Below the pieces are notes generated by a model. The model did no database searches. It saw only the letters and a list, made by a program, of their open reading frames with translations, and was not told the DNA's origin. 60,000 nucleotides of DNA. It comes from Malacoraja senta (lineage: Eukaryota). Location of the stretch: contig CM075993.1 of assembly GCA_038087875.1 (NCBI GenBank), positions 622,001 to 682,000 on the forward strand, in the 5' to 3' direction. Made by a program: the position numbers and the translations under genes. This document shows, one piece after another, positions 12,776-24,819 of the stretch (within the stretch, counting starts at the first letter, position 1; each line of letters starts with the position of its first letter).

Positions 12776-14145
12776 ATGGCAAGGTGTGTGTGGGGCCAGG
12801 TGTGTGTGTGGGGCCAAGTGTGTGTTGGGCAAGGTGTGTGTGTGGGCAAGGTGTGTGTGTGGGGCCAGGTGTGTGTGTGGGGCCAGGTGTGTGTGTGGGG
12901 CCAGGTGTGTGTGTGGGGCCAGGTGTGTGTGTGTGGGGCCAAGTGTGTGTGTGGGGCCAGGTGTGTGTGTGGGCAAGGTGTGTGTGTGGGCAAGGTGTGT
13001 GTGGGGCCAGGTGTGTGTGTGGGCAAGGTGTGTGTGGGGCCAGGTGTGTGTGTGTGGGGCCAAGTGTGTGTTGGGCAAGGTGTGTGTGTGGGCAAGGTGT
13101 GTGTGGGGCCAGGTGTGTGTGTGTGGGCAAGGTGTGTGTGTGTGGGGCCAGGTGTGTGTGTGTGGGGCCAAGTGTGTGTTGGGCAAGGTGTGTGTGTGGG
13201 CAAGGTGTGTGTGTGGGGCCAGGTGTGTGTGTGTGGGCAAGGTGTGTGTGTGGGGCCAGGTGTGTGTGTGGGGCCAGGTGTGTGTGTGGGGCCAGGTGTG
13301 TGTGTGTGTGGGGCCAGGTGTGTGTGTGTGGGGCCAGGTGTGTGTGTGGGGGGCCAGGTGTGTGTGGGGCCAGGTGTGTGTGTGTGTGTGTGTGGGGCCA
13401 GGTGCGTGTGTGTGTGGGGCCAGGTGTGTGTGTGTGTGTGTGGGGCCAGGTGTGTGTGGGGCCAGGTGTGTGTGTGTGTGTGGGGCCAGGTGCGTGTGTG
13501 TGTGGGGCCAGGTGTGTGTGTGTGTGGGGCCAGGTGTGTGTGTGTGTGGGGCCAGGTGTGTGTGTGTGTGTGTGGGGCCAGGTGTGTGTGTGTGTGGGGC
13601 CAGGTGTGTGTGTGTGTGGGGCCAGGTGTGTGTGTGTGTGTGTGGGGCCAGGTGTGTGTGTGTGTGGGGCCAGGTGTGTGTGTGTGTGTGTGGGGCCAGG
13701 TGCGTGTGTGTGTGGGGCCAGGTGTGTGTGTGTGTGGGGCCAGGTGTGTGTGTGTGTGGGGCCAGGTGTGTGCGTGTGTGTGTGGGGCCAGGTGCGTGTG
13801 TGTGTGGGGCCAGGTGCGTGTGTGTGTGGGGCCAGGTGTGTGCGTGTGTGTGTGGGGCCAGGTGCGTGTGTGTGTGGGGCCAGGTGTGTGTGTGTGTGGG
13901 GCCAGGTGTGTGTGTGTGTGGGGCCAGGTGTGTGCGTGTGTGTGTGGGGCCAGGTGCGTGTGTGTGTGGGGCCAGGTGTGTGTGTGTGGGGCCAGGTGTG
14001 TGTGTGTGTGTGTGTGGGGCCAGGTGTGTGTGTGTGTGTGGGGCCAGGTGTGTGTGTGTGGGGCCAGGTGTGTGTGTGTGTGTGTGTGGGGCCAGGTGCG
14101 TGTGTGTGTGGGGCCAGGTGTGTGTGGGGCCAGGTGTGTGTGGGC
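12776..14145. repeat. GGGGCCAG(GT)n compound minisatellite; short second copy at 17660-17742
   Basis: Dozens of ggggccaggt(gt)n units. Confidence 0.92.
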
Positions 14146-15456
14146 ACTTTCCCAGGGATGGGTTGGCTGCAGGTGTATGTTTGCAGCCGGCTCCGCCAGG
14201 CAGCAGCAGCTGGGAGAGGTGAGACCTGGTGCTGCGGCACTAATGGAAAGAAATGGACGATGACTGAATAAAGCAAACACCTGTCGGGCTTGTTTGAGTT
14301 GTTTTAGTTCCTTGCTTGCACTGCTAACCACCGTCAATTAAACATTGACTTCTTCCAGCTACATGTTCACTGTGGACAATGCAGTCTGCCGCTGGCCAGT
14401 CGGAGAGAGGTTCCTCGTGCTCAGGCCGCCCTGCAGTGGGTGTTGCAACACTAATTGAAAGAAGCACGGGCCCTGGCAGCTCCCGCAGAGGCACTCTGAT
14501 GGCCGGTGGGCCGTCATGGAGCTCTCTATGGAAACAATAACATTCTGTGGGGACAGACTCCATCCTGCAGCCACTGCTTTAGCCAAGCTCGAGGTGGCAG
14601 CATTGGCGTTACACATCAAGTATAAGTTCATGTTTGCAGACCCCGCATATCAGGACTGATAATGTCCAGGACAGCAGCGAGGATCAGAACCCTCCCCCCC
14701 CCCCCTTTGGTACTAAGCCATCTCCCCACTCTCACTGTATTCCTCAACCCCCAACCCACCCACCCCACACCCCCAGCTCTGGAACCTCCTCACTAAATCC
14801 CTTCTTCACACAGAGCCTCCTTACATCCTCTCTCTGACCAACTCATTCCTTGTTTCACTGTTGCCAGCTCCAGCCTCAGCACGTGCATCTTACACAACAT
14901 TCCTGGTGCCATGGAAAGGCAGATTGTTGACTTGGAAGAATCATGTTACTGGGATTATTTTTTTCCGTTATTTGATTTGGATTCTGAGCGCCATCCAGAG
15001 GGAATTTTACAATCAAGCCAAGTTTAGTGTTGAGCATGTGTTTATCAGATTATAATTTGAGACGTTACTGAGCTTGCCGTGAGTGTCACTGAAGGGTGAA
15101 GTACACAGGTTTAATATCAGCAGCGTGATTTTTCTGTGTGCCGTGCTACTTACAGTCAGTGTTCCTGGCCAGCATTAGTCTCCAGTGAGAGGGACACCAC
15201 ATGATGTATAAAACATCCCGGCTTGTATAGACAGTGACCTGCATTGTTAGAGATTATGCAAGTTCTGTTGACAAGTGCCCACTTTTGTTAACATAATGTC
15301 CTTCTCTCTCACTGGAGGGCATCAGCAAGGACCAGCCTGGTCACCTGGTCACCCATGGTCTTTCATGACCGGGGGGGGGGGGGGGGCCTACACCTGGTCA
15401 CCTGACATGGGTTAACTGGGACAAACGTGTGAATGGAAACTTGCTTTGTTTTGCAG

Positions 15457-15605
15457 TCCAAGTGCCAGGAGCTGTCCAGAATCTGGTAGCACAGGCGAAC
15501 TCTGCCACCTCGATCACTGTCACATGGCAGGAACCTCACTCTGACAATGGGCCCATCAACAACTACAAGCTCTACTACATGGAGAATGGGGCTGGCAGTG
15601 AGCAG
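15457..15605 (+). CDS. NEO1: Neogenin exon, FNIII-2
   Basis: tttgcag|TC CAA GTG...GAG CAG|gtgag; [50 protein letters not shown]. Confidence 0.95.
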
Positions 15606-16157
15606 GTGAGCAAAGCGTCTGTCTCCGTCATCCTGGTGGACACACCAGACACTGCTGCTGCTGGAGTCTTCAGCAAAGAACAACCTGCTGGGGGAACGCA
15701 GCGGCTCAGGCAGGGAATGGACAGGCGAGGTTCTAGGGCAGGACCTTCGTCACAGTTCCTCCAGCACTTTGTTATTTGCCTAGTGAGTGGTGGGATGACC
15801 AATGGTAGCAGGGGCCTGATGGCAGTGAGTTCTCCCCTCCCGTGTTGAGTGGCCCTGGTCAGTTGTAGATCATCCCCACCAGCGGTTTATCCCTGGCCAG
15901 GGGCGGGACAGGGACTGGGTGGGACAGGGAATGGGACTGGGAGCGGGGTGGGACAGGGAGAGTGGGTGGGACAGCGACTGGGACAGAGATGGGATAGGGA
16001 GCAGGGGCTGGACAATAGCCTTTACCTATAGAGCCGACAGTGCCACTGGTCACAATGGGACGGGCCGTTCTTTAACATCCTGGCTGCCAGGTGAAGCTTG
16101 GCGTAAGGTGAATAGAAAGCTGGACGTTTCAGATTGTCTGCTGGCCTTTCCTTGCAG

Positions 16158-16296
16158 GATGTGGATGTCGGAGCTCTGTGGTACACCATGAATGGGCTGA
16201 AGAAGTTTACAGAGTACAGCTTCAGGGTGGTGGCGTACAATAAACACGGTCCCGGCGTCTCCACAGAGGAGGTGGTGGCCACCACCTATTCAGGAG
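16158..16296 (+). CDS. NEO1: Neogenin exon, FNIII-2
   Basis: cttgcag|GAT GTG...GGA G|gtgag; [46 protein letters not shown]. Confidence 0.95.
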
Positions 16297-16387
16297 GTGA
16301 GTGTCAGGCATGTGTGTCTGTGTCACTGGCGTGTTGTCCCGTGTGGTATGCACTGACATTCTGTGACTGACCTGTCTTGTGTTCCAG

Positions 16388-16437
16388 CCCCCAGTGCACC
16401 CCCCCAGAACGTCACGCTGGAGGTCCGTAACTCCAAG
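16388..16437 (+). CDS. NEO1: Neogenin 50-nt exon, start of FNIII-3
   Basis: gttccag|CC...TCC AAG|gtgag; (A)PSAPPQNVTLEVRNSK. Confidence 0.93.
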
Positions 16438-16756
16438 GTGAGTGTCTCCCTCATCCTGCATGAGTTCACCAGCCTCCGAACACTAGCTCGATTAATGCAG
16501 AGCCCAGATAGAGAGCCAGTGGGGAGAGCGGGCGTACTGTGGGGCTGCAGGCATTTTCTGCTGGGTGGGAGCTTCATTTATTCACAGCTTCATCTCTGAC
16601 TTGTGAACTGTCTGCATTACAAACCGTTCACAGGAACACTGGGGGAGGATAGCGATAGTTCAACGTGTGATGCATCTGTAACCCTCGATATTCTGAAGCA
16701 AGGTGGATCCAGCAAACTTGCAGTGTGTTGTGAGCGAATGCTTCAGGTTTTGCTCC

Positions 16757-17052
16757 TAGTTTAGTTTAGTTTAGTTTAGAGATACAGCGTGGAAACAAGC
16801 CCTTCGGCCCACTGGGGACAGTAACACTATCCTACGCCCACTAGGGACAATGTTTACATTTATACCAAGCCAATTAACCTACAAACCTGTACGTCTTTGG
16901 AGTGTGGGAGGAAACCGAAGATCTCGGAGAAAACCCACGCAGGTCACGGGGAGAACGTACAAAGACAGTACCCGTAGTCGGGATCGAACCCGGGTCTCCG
17001 GCGCTGCATTCGCTGTAAGGCAGCAACTCTTATCGCTGATCCACCGTGACCG
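16757..17052 (-). mobile_element. tRNA-derived V-SINE (HE1-like)
   Basis: On -: B-box-like GGGTTCGATCCC, V-domain-like CCCCGTGACCTGCGTGGGTTTTCTCCG...TTTCCTCCCACACTCCAAAGAC, CR1-type tail GGGCTTGTTTCCACGCTGTATCTC(TAAAC)n. Confidence 0.8.
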
Positions 17053-18683
17053 CCCTTTTCTGCGGTCATCCTTGTATGTAGAAGTGTTTCCTTTCATCAC
17101 CCTGAATGCCTGGCACTAGTTTCCCTGCTGTGCAACCTATCTATGGCCCTCTTGATTTTTTATAAACCTCTCTAAGGTCACCCCTCAATCCCCTTTGCTC
17201 CATAGAAAACAGCCCCACCCCACCCTGTCTCTCCCCTCATCTCAAGCCCTTCAGTCCCAGGAACATCCCTGTGAATCTTTTCCAGTTTAATTGCCTCCTT
17301 CCTATAGTACGTCGACCAGAACTCCACACAAACTCCAGGTGCGGTCTCATCAATACCATGTACAACTGCAGCAGGATATCCTCGTATCTTGTGCCCTGCC
17401 TGATGTAGGCAAACGAGCCACATCTTCACCACCTTGCCCTTCACTCCCCCTTTCTTACTTTTCCATCCTCCCACTTGCCACACCTTCCAACAGTCTCTGC
17501 CAATCAGGCTTTACAAGTTGGTGTCTTACACGATAAACATTGACTTTACCTTGTGCACTGTAGGACTAGTCTGTACATGACTGTTTTAAAACTAATAAAA
17601 TTATTACTTTGCTTTCATCTCCAGTGACAACTAAGTCCCTCCCTGGGACTTAGTTGTCACTGGGGCCAGGTGTGTGTGTGTGGGGCCAGGTGTGTGTGTG
17701 GGGGGCCAGGTGTGTGTGTGTGGGGCCAGGTGTGTGTGTGTGTTCCACAGGTGCCAGTACTCCTCTGGATCCTCACCCGGGCCACGTCCTGGTCTATCCT
17801 CGAGCATCAAAGGCAATCTGAGCCGTCTCTCCTGTCCCTACACCTGGGACAGGAGAAGCATCTAATCTTACCCTCCCCTGAACCTTCACTCTCGATTAAC
17901 GAGGCGCAGAAGTGAGTTGGGTCTGTCTGATCTTTGTGGCTGAGCAATGCCTTGGTTTTGGCTCTATTATTAAGCACTTATTTCTGATGTGATTAAACCT
18001 CATAACTACATTAGGCTCTCAAGTGTTTACTGTGATGCTTGTTAAACATGTTTAAATAATCACTTAGGCCCTGAGAGAGGGAAGTTTATGTGTAATGAGG
18101 AGGGCTTGCAGCTCATAATATTCCTCTGGGGATTGAAGAGATAGAGATTTGTTTTCTGAATGGATTTCAGAGTTACTGTCCTTTGGGGTAGAGCAGGTTA
18201 GATCGATGACTGGTGGGAAGGCGGCGGCTCAGCGGCTTAGCCCATTCACAGGGTATTGTAGGGGAAAGGTTTGGGAGAGAGATGTGAAGGAGAGGGGATG
18301 ATCAGGGAGGGTGCTGGCAACAAGATGCTGGGTAGAAATACACAAGGGAGCTGAGTGGAGGGAGTGCAGTGGTACATCGAATGGTTGTGGGGTGGGGTAT
18401 TGGGTAGATGTGAAGGTGGGGCAGTGGTCAGCTGGGGTGGGGAGTGGTCAGCTGACATTGGCGTGGGGCGGGGTCAGCTGGCATGGTGAGGGTGCGGTCA
18501 GCTGACATTGGCATGGGGAGGGGTCAGCTGACATTGGTGTGGGGAGTGGTCAGCTGGTGTGGGGTGGGGAGTGGTCAGCTGACATTGGCGTGGGGAGTGG
18601 TCAGCTGGGGTGGGGAGGGGTCAGCTGGCGTGGGCTGGTATTGCTCTGCCTTCCGTTACTATCTGAAGCCTCTCCATCCCCAG

Positions 18684-18825
18684 AGCATCGTGGTGCACTG
18701 GCAGCCTCCGCCCCCAGGGACACACAACGGCGTGATCACCGAGTACAACATTCGGTACAAAAAGGCCGGTCGCCGTGGGGAGACGGACTCCACGGGAGGG
18801 AACCAGCTCTCTCAGACTATCGATG
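18684..18825 (+). CDS. NEO1: Neogenin exon, FNIII-3
   Basis: tccccag|AGC ATC...GAT G|gtggg; SIVVHWQPPPPGTHNGVITEYNIRYKKAGRRGETDSTGGNQLSQTID. Confidence 0.94.
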
Positions 18826-19854
18826 GTGGGTACACGGGGATCTGGGCTGTTAGGGATATGTATAAATCACTTGGACACAATGTACATGAGTTGGTCGGTA
18901 AGTTTGCAGATGACACCAACACAGCGGGACTGTGGACTCTGACAATGGTGTTGAGGTTTACAGATCCGCAACTGAAATGGGCAGAAGAATGGCAGATGGA
19001 GTTTTAGCCAAGCAAGTGAGAGGTGTTGCAATTCAGGAGGTCAAATGTAAGTGGGAAATACAACAAATGGCACAAACTATGTACAGGTAGATAAGAGATG
19101 ACCGTGTCATATTTAGCAGGGACATTGTGGGCTGAAGGGCCTGTTCTTGTGCTGTACTGTTCTATGTTATAACATACCGGGGGGGGGGGGGGGTGCACAG
19201 ACGCAATGGTCCCTGACAAGAGAGAGGGTTTTCTACAGCTCAGCAGGGGCCTCTGGTGGTGGCAGTGTGGAGCTGCAGCTCTTGAAGGAGCAGCTTCAAG
19301 AACTGAATATGAACCCCAACCAATTTGGTCACAGAGTCACCCAGTACGAGGCACGTCCTTGGCCAGGCCAGCCCAGCTCACACCCAGAGTCATCCAACAT
19401 TCACAATCAGCCCCACATGGTCTCACAATTATAGGACGTTCCTTTAGGAAGGAGATGAGGAGGAATTTCTTTAGAGGGTGGTGAATCTGTGGAATTCTTT
19501 ACCACAGAAGGTTGTGGAGGCAGTTAGTGGAATATTTAAGGCAGAGATAGATAGATTCTGATTAGTACAGGTGTCAGAGGTTATGGGGAGAAGGCAGGAG
19601 AATGCGGTTAGGATGGAGAGATAGATCTCTTAGGAGGGAGAGATAGGGTGTGTGCGTGTGGGTGGGGAGGCGTAGGTCAGGGGTGTGTGTGTGTGTGTGG
19701 GGGGTGGGGGGGGTGTGGGGTGTATGTGTGTGTGTGGGGTGTATGTGTGTGTGGTGTGTGTGTGGTGTGTGTGAGTGTGGGGTGTGGAGTGTGTGGCTGT
19801 GTCCAGCCCCAGGGGGAGTCAGTGTGCGGTGTTTAACCTCTCTGTGTGTCTCAG

Positions 19855-19965
19855 GGCTGGAGCGCAACACCGAGTACAGTTTCCGAGTGTCCGCGATCAC
19901 CGTCAATGGCACGGGGCCGTCATCAGACTGGGTGTCTGCCGAGACCTTTGAAAGTGACCTGGATG
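19855..19965 (+). CDS. NEO1: Neogenin exon, end of FNIII-3
   Basis: tctcag|GG CTG...GAT G|gtaag; [37 protein letters not shown]. Confidence 0.95.
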
Positions 19966-20460
19966 GTAAGAAAAACGGAACGGCCATTCCTGTGTCTCCG
20001 CTCGTGTTACATTCTGTGAGAATGCCTATATTTCTGCAGTTATCCTTCATGTTTAACATTCGTTAGAGATGCTTTGCCATTTCAAGTAACCAGTCACAGG
20101 CAGACCAAGTACAACATGAGCTCCTCTGTCCAGTCACTTCCTACATGTTTAGGTTTGGGTTTCGTTATGTGCACGGAGGTACAGTGAAACGTTTTGTTGT
20201 GCAGGCGGTACAATCAAACCAAACCCAAGTACAATCGGTAGATGAAAGAGGTTCAGAGTAGTTCCCAGCATTGTAGCCCATCAGTTCCAGAGACCCCAAC
20301 ACACATGACCATCAAAGGACGTTGACACCAGTTTCAGTTCATTGGAAAAGTGCACCCTGTCACCAAGGGAAGGAACTGCAAATGCTGGTTTACATCCAAG
20401 ATAGACACAAAGTGCTAGAGTAACTCAGCGGGACAGGCAGCATCTCTGGAGAGAAGGAAT

Positions 20461-20496
20461 GGGTGACGTTTCAGGTTGAGACCCTTCTTCAGACTG
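20461..20496 (-). ncRNA. Minimal hammerhead ribozyme motif (Penelope type)
   Basis: Reverse complement: agt-CTGAAGA-AGGGTCTCAACCT-GAAAC-GTC-accc. Confidence 0.55.
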
Positions 20497-20724
20497 AGAG
20501 TCAGAGCCCCTGACTGTGGATGGGAATATTTCTAAATGTTGCTAAGGTGGGCCATTAATAAGAGACGGATAAGTAGAAGATGGGAAAGGTCAACACAGAG
20601 CATTATAAAAGCTGTAAACATTTCTATAGATGTGTCAAAAGTAAACAGTTGACAAAAGTTAACGTGTGGCCCTTACAGACTGACGCTAGAATACGTTTTA
20701 GAACATAGAACAGCACAGGAAAAG

Positions 20725-21445
20725 GCCCACAGTGTGTGTACTGAACCCACAGTGTGTGTACCGAGCCCACAGTGTGTGTACTGAGCCCACAGTGTGTGTA
20801 CTGAGCCCACAATGTGTGTACTGAGCCCACAATGTGTGTACTGAGCCCACAGTGTGTGTACTGAGCCCACAATGTGTGTACTGAGCCCACGGTGTGTGTA
20901 CTGAGCCCACGGTGTGTGTACTGAGCCCACGGTGTGTGTACTGAGCCCACAGTGTGTGTACTGAGCCCACAATGTGTGTACTGAGCCCACAATGTGTGTA
21001 CTGAGTCCACGGTGTGTGTACTGAGCCCACAGTGTGTGTACTGAGCCCACAGTGTGTGTACTGAGCCCACAATGTGTGTACTGAGCCCACAATGTGTGTA
21101 CTGAGCCCACAGTGTGTGTACTGAGCCCACAGTGTGTGTACTGAGCCCACAATGTGTGTACTGAACCCACAGTGTGTGTACTGAGCCCACAGTGTGTGTA
21201 CTGAGCCCACAGTGTGTGTACTGAGCCCACAATGTGTGTACTGAGCCCACAGTGTGTGTACTGAGCCCACAGTGTGTGTACTGAGCCCACAATGTGTGTA
21301 CTGAGCCCACAGTGTGTGTACTGAGCCCACAGTGTGTGTACTGAGCCCACAATGTGTGTACTGAGCCCACAGTGTGTGTACTGAGCCCACAGTGTGTGTA
21401 CTGAGCCCACAATGTGTGTACTGAGCCCACAGTGTGTGTACTGAG
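20725..21445. repeat. 20-bp near-perfect minisatellite (~36 copies)
   Basis: ctgagcccac(a/g)(g/a)tgtgtgta. Confidence 0.95.
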
Positions 21446-21756
21446 CATGATGGCAGGACCAGCTCTTATCTTTCTGCACATAATCCATATCTCCATCCCC
21501 TGCATGTCCATGTGCCGATCCAAAAGTCTCTTAAATGGCACTTTCATATCTGTCTTCACCAGCGTGCACCCTGCATGTCCCAGACACTCCCCACCCTGTG
21601 TGAATAAACTTGCCCCACACATCTCCTTTAAACGTTGTCCCTCTCACCTGGAGGCCATGCTCTCTAGTATTTGATTTTTCCATCCTGGGAAAAAGGATCT
21701 GACTGTCTACCCTATCTATGCCACTCATAATATTATATACTTCCCTCTTAATGCAG

Positions 21757-21946
21757 GATAGACACAAAAAGCTGCAGTAACTCAGCGGGTCAGACAGCAT
21801 CTCTGGTGAGAAGGAATGGGACGTCTGAAGAAGGGTCTCGACCTGAAATGTCACCGTTTCCTTCTCTCCAGAGATGCTGTCTGACCCGCTGAGTTACTGC
21901 AGCTTTTTGTGTCTATCTTCGGTGTGAACCAACATCCGCAGTTCCT
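21757..21946. mobile_element. Penelope-derived terminal repeat in fold-back arrangement, hammerhead motif (21825-21852) in the loop
   Basis: ~60-bp inverted repeat gatagacacaaaaagctgcagtaactcagcgggtcagacagcatctctgg / ccagagatgctgtctgacccgctgagttactgcagctttttgtgtctatc around CTGAAGAAGGGTCTCGACCTGAAATGTC. Confidence 0.75.
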
Positions 21947-22099
21947 TTACTCATTTCCTCTTAACCAAGGCATCATTCTGGTAAGTCCCTTTCCAAAGCC
22001 CCCACGTGCCTTTATGGGAGAATAAGGAAATGGTGGCAAAATTCAACAAATATTTTGAATATGTATGGAAAATCTAATGGGAATAGTGCAAATTAAAAC

Positions 22100-22470
22100 A
22101 TCATCTGATCTTATAGAGGTGTACAAAATCATGAGAGGAATAGATCAGGTAGATGCACAGAGTCTCTTGCAAGAGTAGGGAAATCGAGAACCAGAGGACA
22201 GGCTCAAGGTAAAGGGGAAAAGATTTAATAGGAATCTGAGGGGTAACTTTTTCACACAAGGGGTGGTGGGTTTATGGAACAAGCTGCCAGAGGAGGTAGT
22301 TGATTGCTGGGACTATCCCAAGGTTTAAGAAACAGTTAGACAGGTACATAAATAGGACAGGTTTGGAGGGATATGGACCAAGCGCAGGCAGGTGGGACAT
22401 GTTGGCCGGTGTGGGTAAGTTGGGCCGAAGGGCCTGTTTCCACACTGTATCACTCTGTGACTATGAATCT
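22100..22470 (+). mobile_element. CR1 LINE 3' fragment
   Basis: DLIEVYKIMRGIDQVD...RTRG...LRGNFFTQ and the GGGCCGAAGGGCCTGTTTCCACACTGTA tail; similar fragments at ~12310-12700, 17130-17400, 18890-19150, 19430-19630, 21426-21745, 23015-23310, 35085-35330, 59350-59610. Confidence 0.8.
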
Positions 22471-23489
22471 ATGGTATAATTGAGGAGCTAAAAAAATAGC
22501 ATTTATGAAAAAAACAACAGGAGAAATTCATGGAACGGAAAGTGGATGAATCCCCAGGAGAGGGGATGAAAGGGATGGATGCCCAGGAGCCGACCCTTTG
22601 CTCTTAATTACTCCGTCTGCTGCACCAGCTCCCAGGATTCCTCCCACTCATTGGAGAGGACCTCTTGTTTCAGTCAAGATGGTGGATAGATCCCTCACCC
22701 CTGACTGTGTCCTGCAGTTCTGCTCTCACTCCCCCTTCCCCCACAACCAAGCATACAGTCCCCCAAGTCCTCATCTTTGACCCCACTAGCCTCTGCTTCC
22801 AACACATCATTCTCTGACATTTCCGCAACCTTCAACGTGATCCCACCACCAGTCACTTCTTCCCGTCCCCTCCCTTTTCATGAACCGTCGGTAGATCCTG
22901 GTCCAGCCTCAGCTGGAGCATTGGCACGGGATAGGGAATATTGGAGAGGATGCAGAGAATGTCTGGGATGTGGACCACAGTTACAGGCAGAGATTGGAGA
23001 GACTGGGACTGTTTTAGACAATAGGTGCAGGAGTAGGCCATTCGGCCCTTCGTGCCAGCACCACCATTCAATGTGATCATGGCTGATCTTCCCCAATCAG
23101 TACCCCGTTCCTGCCTTCTCCCCATATCACCTGACTGCTATCTTTAAGAGCCCTATCTAGCTCTCTCTTGAAAGTATCCAGAGAATCGGCCTCCACCGCC
23201 ATCTGAGAGAATTCCACAGACTCACAACTCTCTGTCAGAAAAAGTGTTTCCTCGTCTCCTTTCTAAATGGCTTACTACTTATTCTGAAACTGTGGCCCCT
23301 GGTTCTGGACTTTTGTTTGGAGGCCGAGAGGAGGTAGAGGGCGAGGTCATCTCTGGAGGGAGTGGATGGGGAAAGCAGTGCAGAGTGAGTGGGGTATTTG
23401 AGCAGCTGGCAGTGGGTGGGCAGCGGGCAGTGGGTGGGCAGGGGTGGAGAGTCTGCCCTGGGATGTACTGACCGTTCCATCCTACACAG

Positions 23490-23684
23490 AGTCGCGGGTT
23501 CCGGACAAGCCCAGCTCTCTCCATGTGCGCCCTCTGATCAACCACATCGTGGTGAGCTGGACCCCGCCTGAAGACCAGGACATCGTGGTGAGGGGTTACG
23601 CCATCGGCTACGGCATCGGCAGCCCCCATGCAGAGACCATCCGTGTCGACTACAAGCAGCGTTACTACTCCATTGAGAACCTGG
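23490..23684 (+). CDS. NEO1: Neogenin exon, FNIII-4
   Basis: tacacag|AG TCG...CTG G|gtgag; [65 protein letters not shown]. Confidence 0.96.
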
Positions 23685-23850
23685 GTGAGTGCCCGGACCC
23701 TGGGTGAGTGCCCGGGGGGGGGGGGGGACACGGTATGGTGGGGGGGCCTGGATGGAGGGGAGCATGGGCTGGGGTCTAAGGGTGGGGTAGGTGGGGGCTA
23801 AGGGTCTAAGGGCTGGGCTCCAGGTACTCAGCATTGCGTTTCTCTTCCAG

Positions 23851-23946
23851 AGCCCAACTCTCACTATGTGATCACACTGAAGGCATACAACAAGGTCGGA
23901 GAGGGCATCCCTCTGTACGAGAGTACGGCCACCAGACCACTAACCG
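23851..23946 (+). CDS. NEO1: Neogenin exon, end of FNIII-4
   Basis: cttccag|AG CCC...ACC G|gtaac; [32 protein letters not shown] (read by hand, not in the ORF track). Confidence 0.94.
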
Positions 23947-24819
23947 GTAACAGCACATGATTCCACATGTCTACAGCACACCCTGCCCACCTTGCCAATG
24001 TTCCTCTCAGGCTGCTTGCTCCTTTATAACTAACTCAGTGTTGGCTGCTGGACCTGTTGTCTGCTGGAGTAGTGGGTGGTTGTGTGTAGAGGCTGCTGCT
24101 GCTTCTGCTGCTGGTGACCTCTGGTTCACTGACGAGGCTGCCCCCTCCTCTCCAGCGCGGTGAGGACTGATGCCGGCTTCCCATGCGTGCTCTCCTGGGG
24201 TGTGATTGCTGCTTCCCCCTTCTTCACTCCCCACACACTCAGTACCCTGGCAGCTAGCCACAGGTGTGGATGTGTCTGGGGCACAACTGGGGTCAGTGTG
24301 ACCCTGCCCGTATGGCCCTGCCTGCACCCACGCTGACCGCCCGCCTGGGGATTTCTAGTACCTCGGGGGAATGCTGTGCCAAGCCCTGCGTGAAATCCAG
24401 TATCTCCCTGAATGATCGCAGTAAGTTAATATTCCCAGTCTGTTTATCAATAGTATATTTATAATCACCTGCTCACTAGTTGTTCTCCTTCACACTGCCC
24501 ACAGAGGTAGAGACGTGACAGGAGGCAGAGGGTTGGGACAGGACGTAGGGAGAAAGGGGAGTTGTGGGGAGAGGTGACCTGGGTGACCAGGGTGTCAGTG
24601 ACGGCCATCAGTGGAGATCAGGGTCTAAATTCTCGACCGTGATGTGAGCTCTTCCTGCAATGTCACCCAGTGCCCATGGGCCTTTGGGGTCACAGTGTCC
24701 AGGTCGGTGTCCAGGGTATTGGGACGTATGAACCTGCTGGCTGTTGACTGTCTGGCTGATTCAGTCGTTGCATTAGTCAAGAGTGTGTGCTCTGTGTTTG
24801 GGCCTGCGACCGTTCCAGT

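Noticed and set aside
9734..14337. 400-580 aa His/Thr/Pro or Cys/Val/Gly ORFs on both strands
   Set aside because: Stop-free low-complexity repeats, open in nearly all frames
18415..18632. Cluster of CAGCTG E-boxes
   Set aside because: Arises from a degenerate G-rich tandem repeat; no independent evidence of enhancer function
20624..21622. Regular 20-bp repeat resembling a CRISPR array or repeat protein
   Set aside because: No unique spacers, no cas genes, vertebrate intron; it is a plain minisatellite
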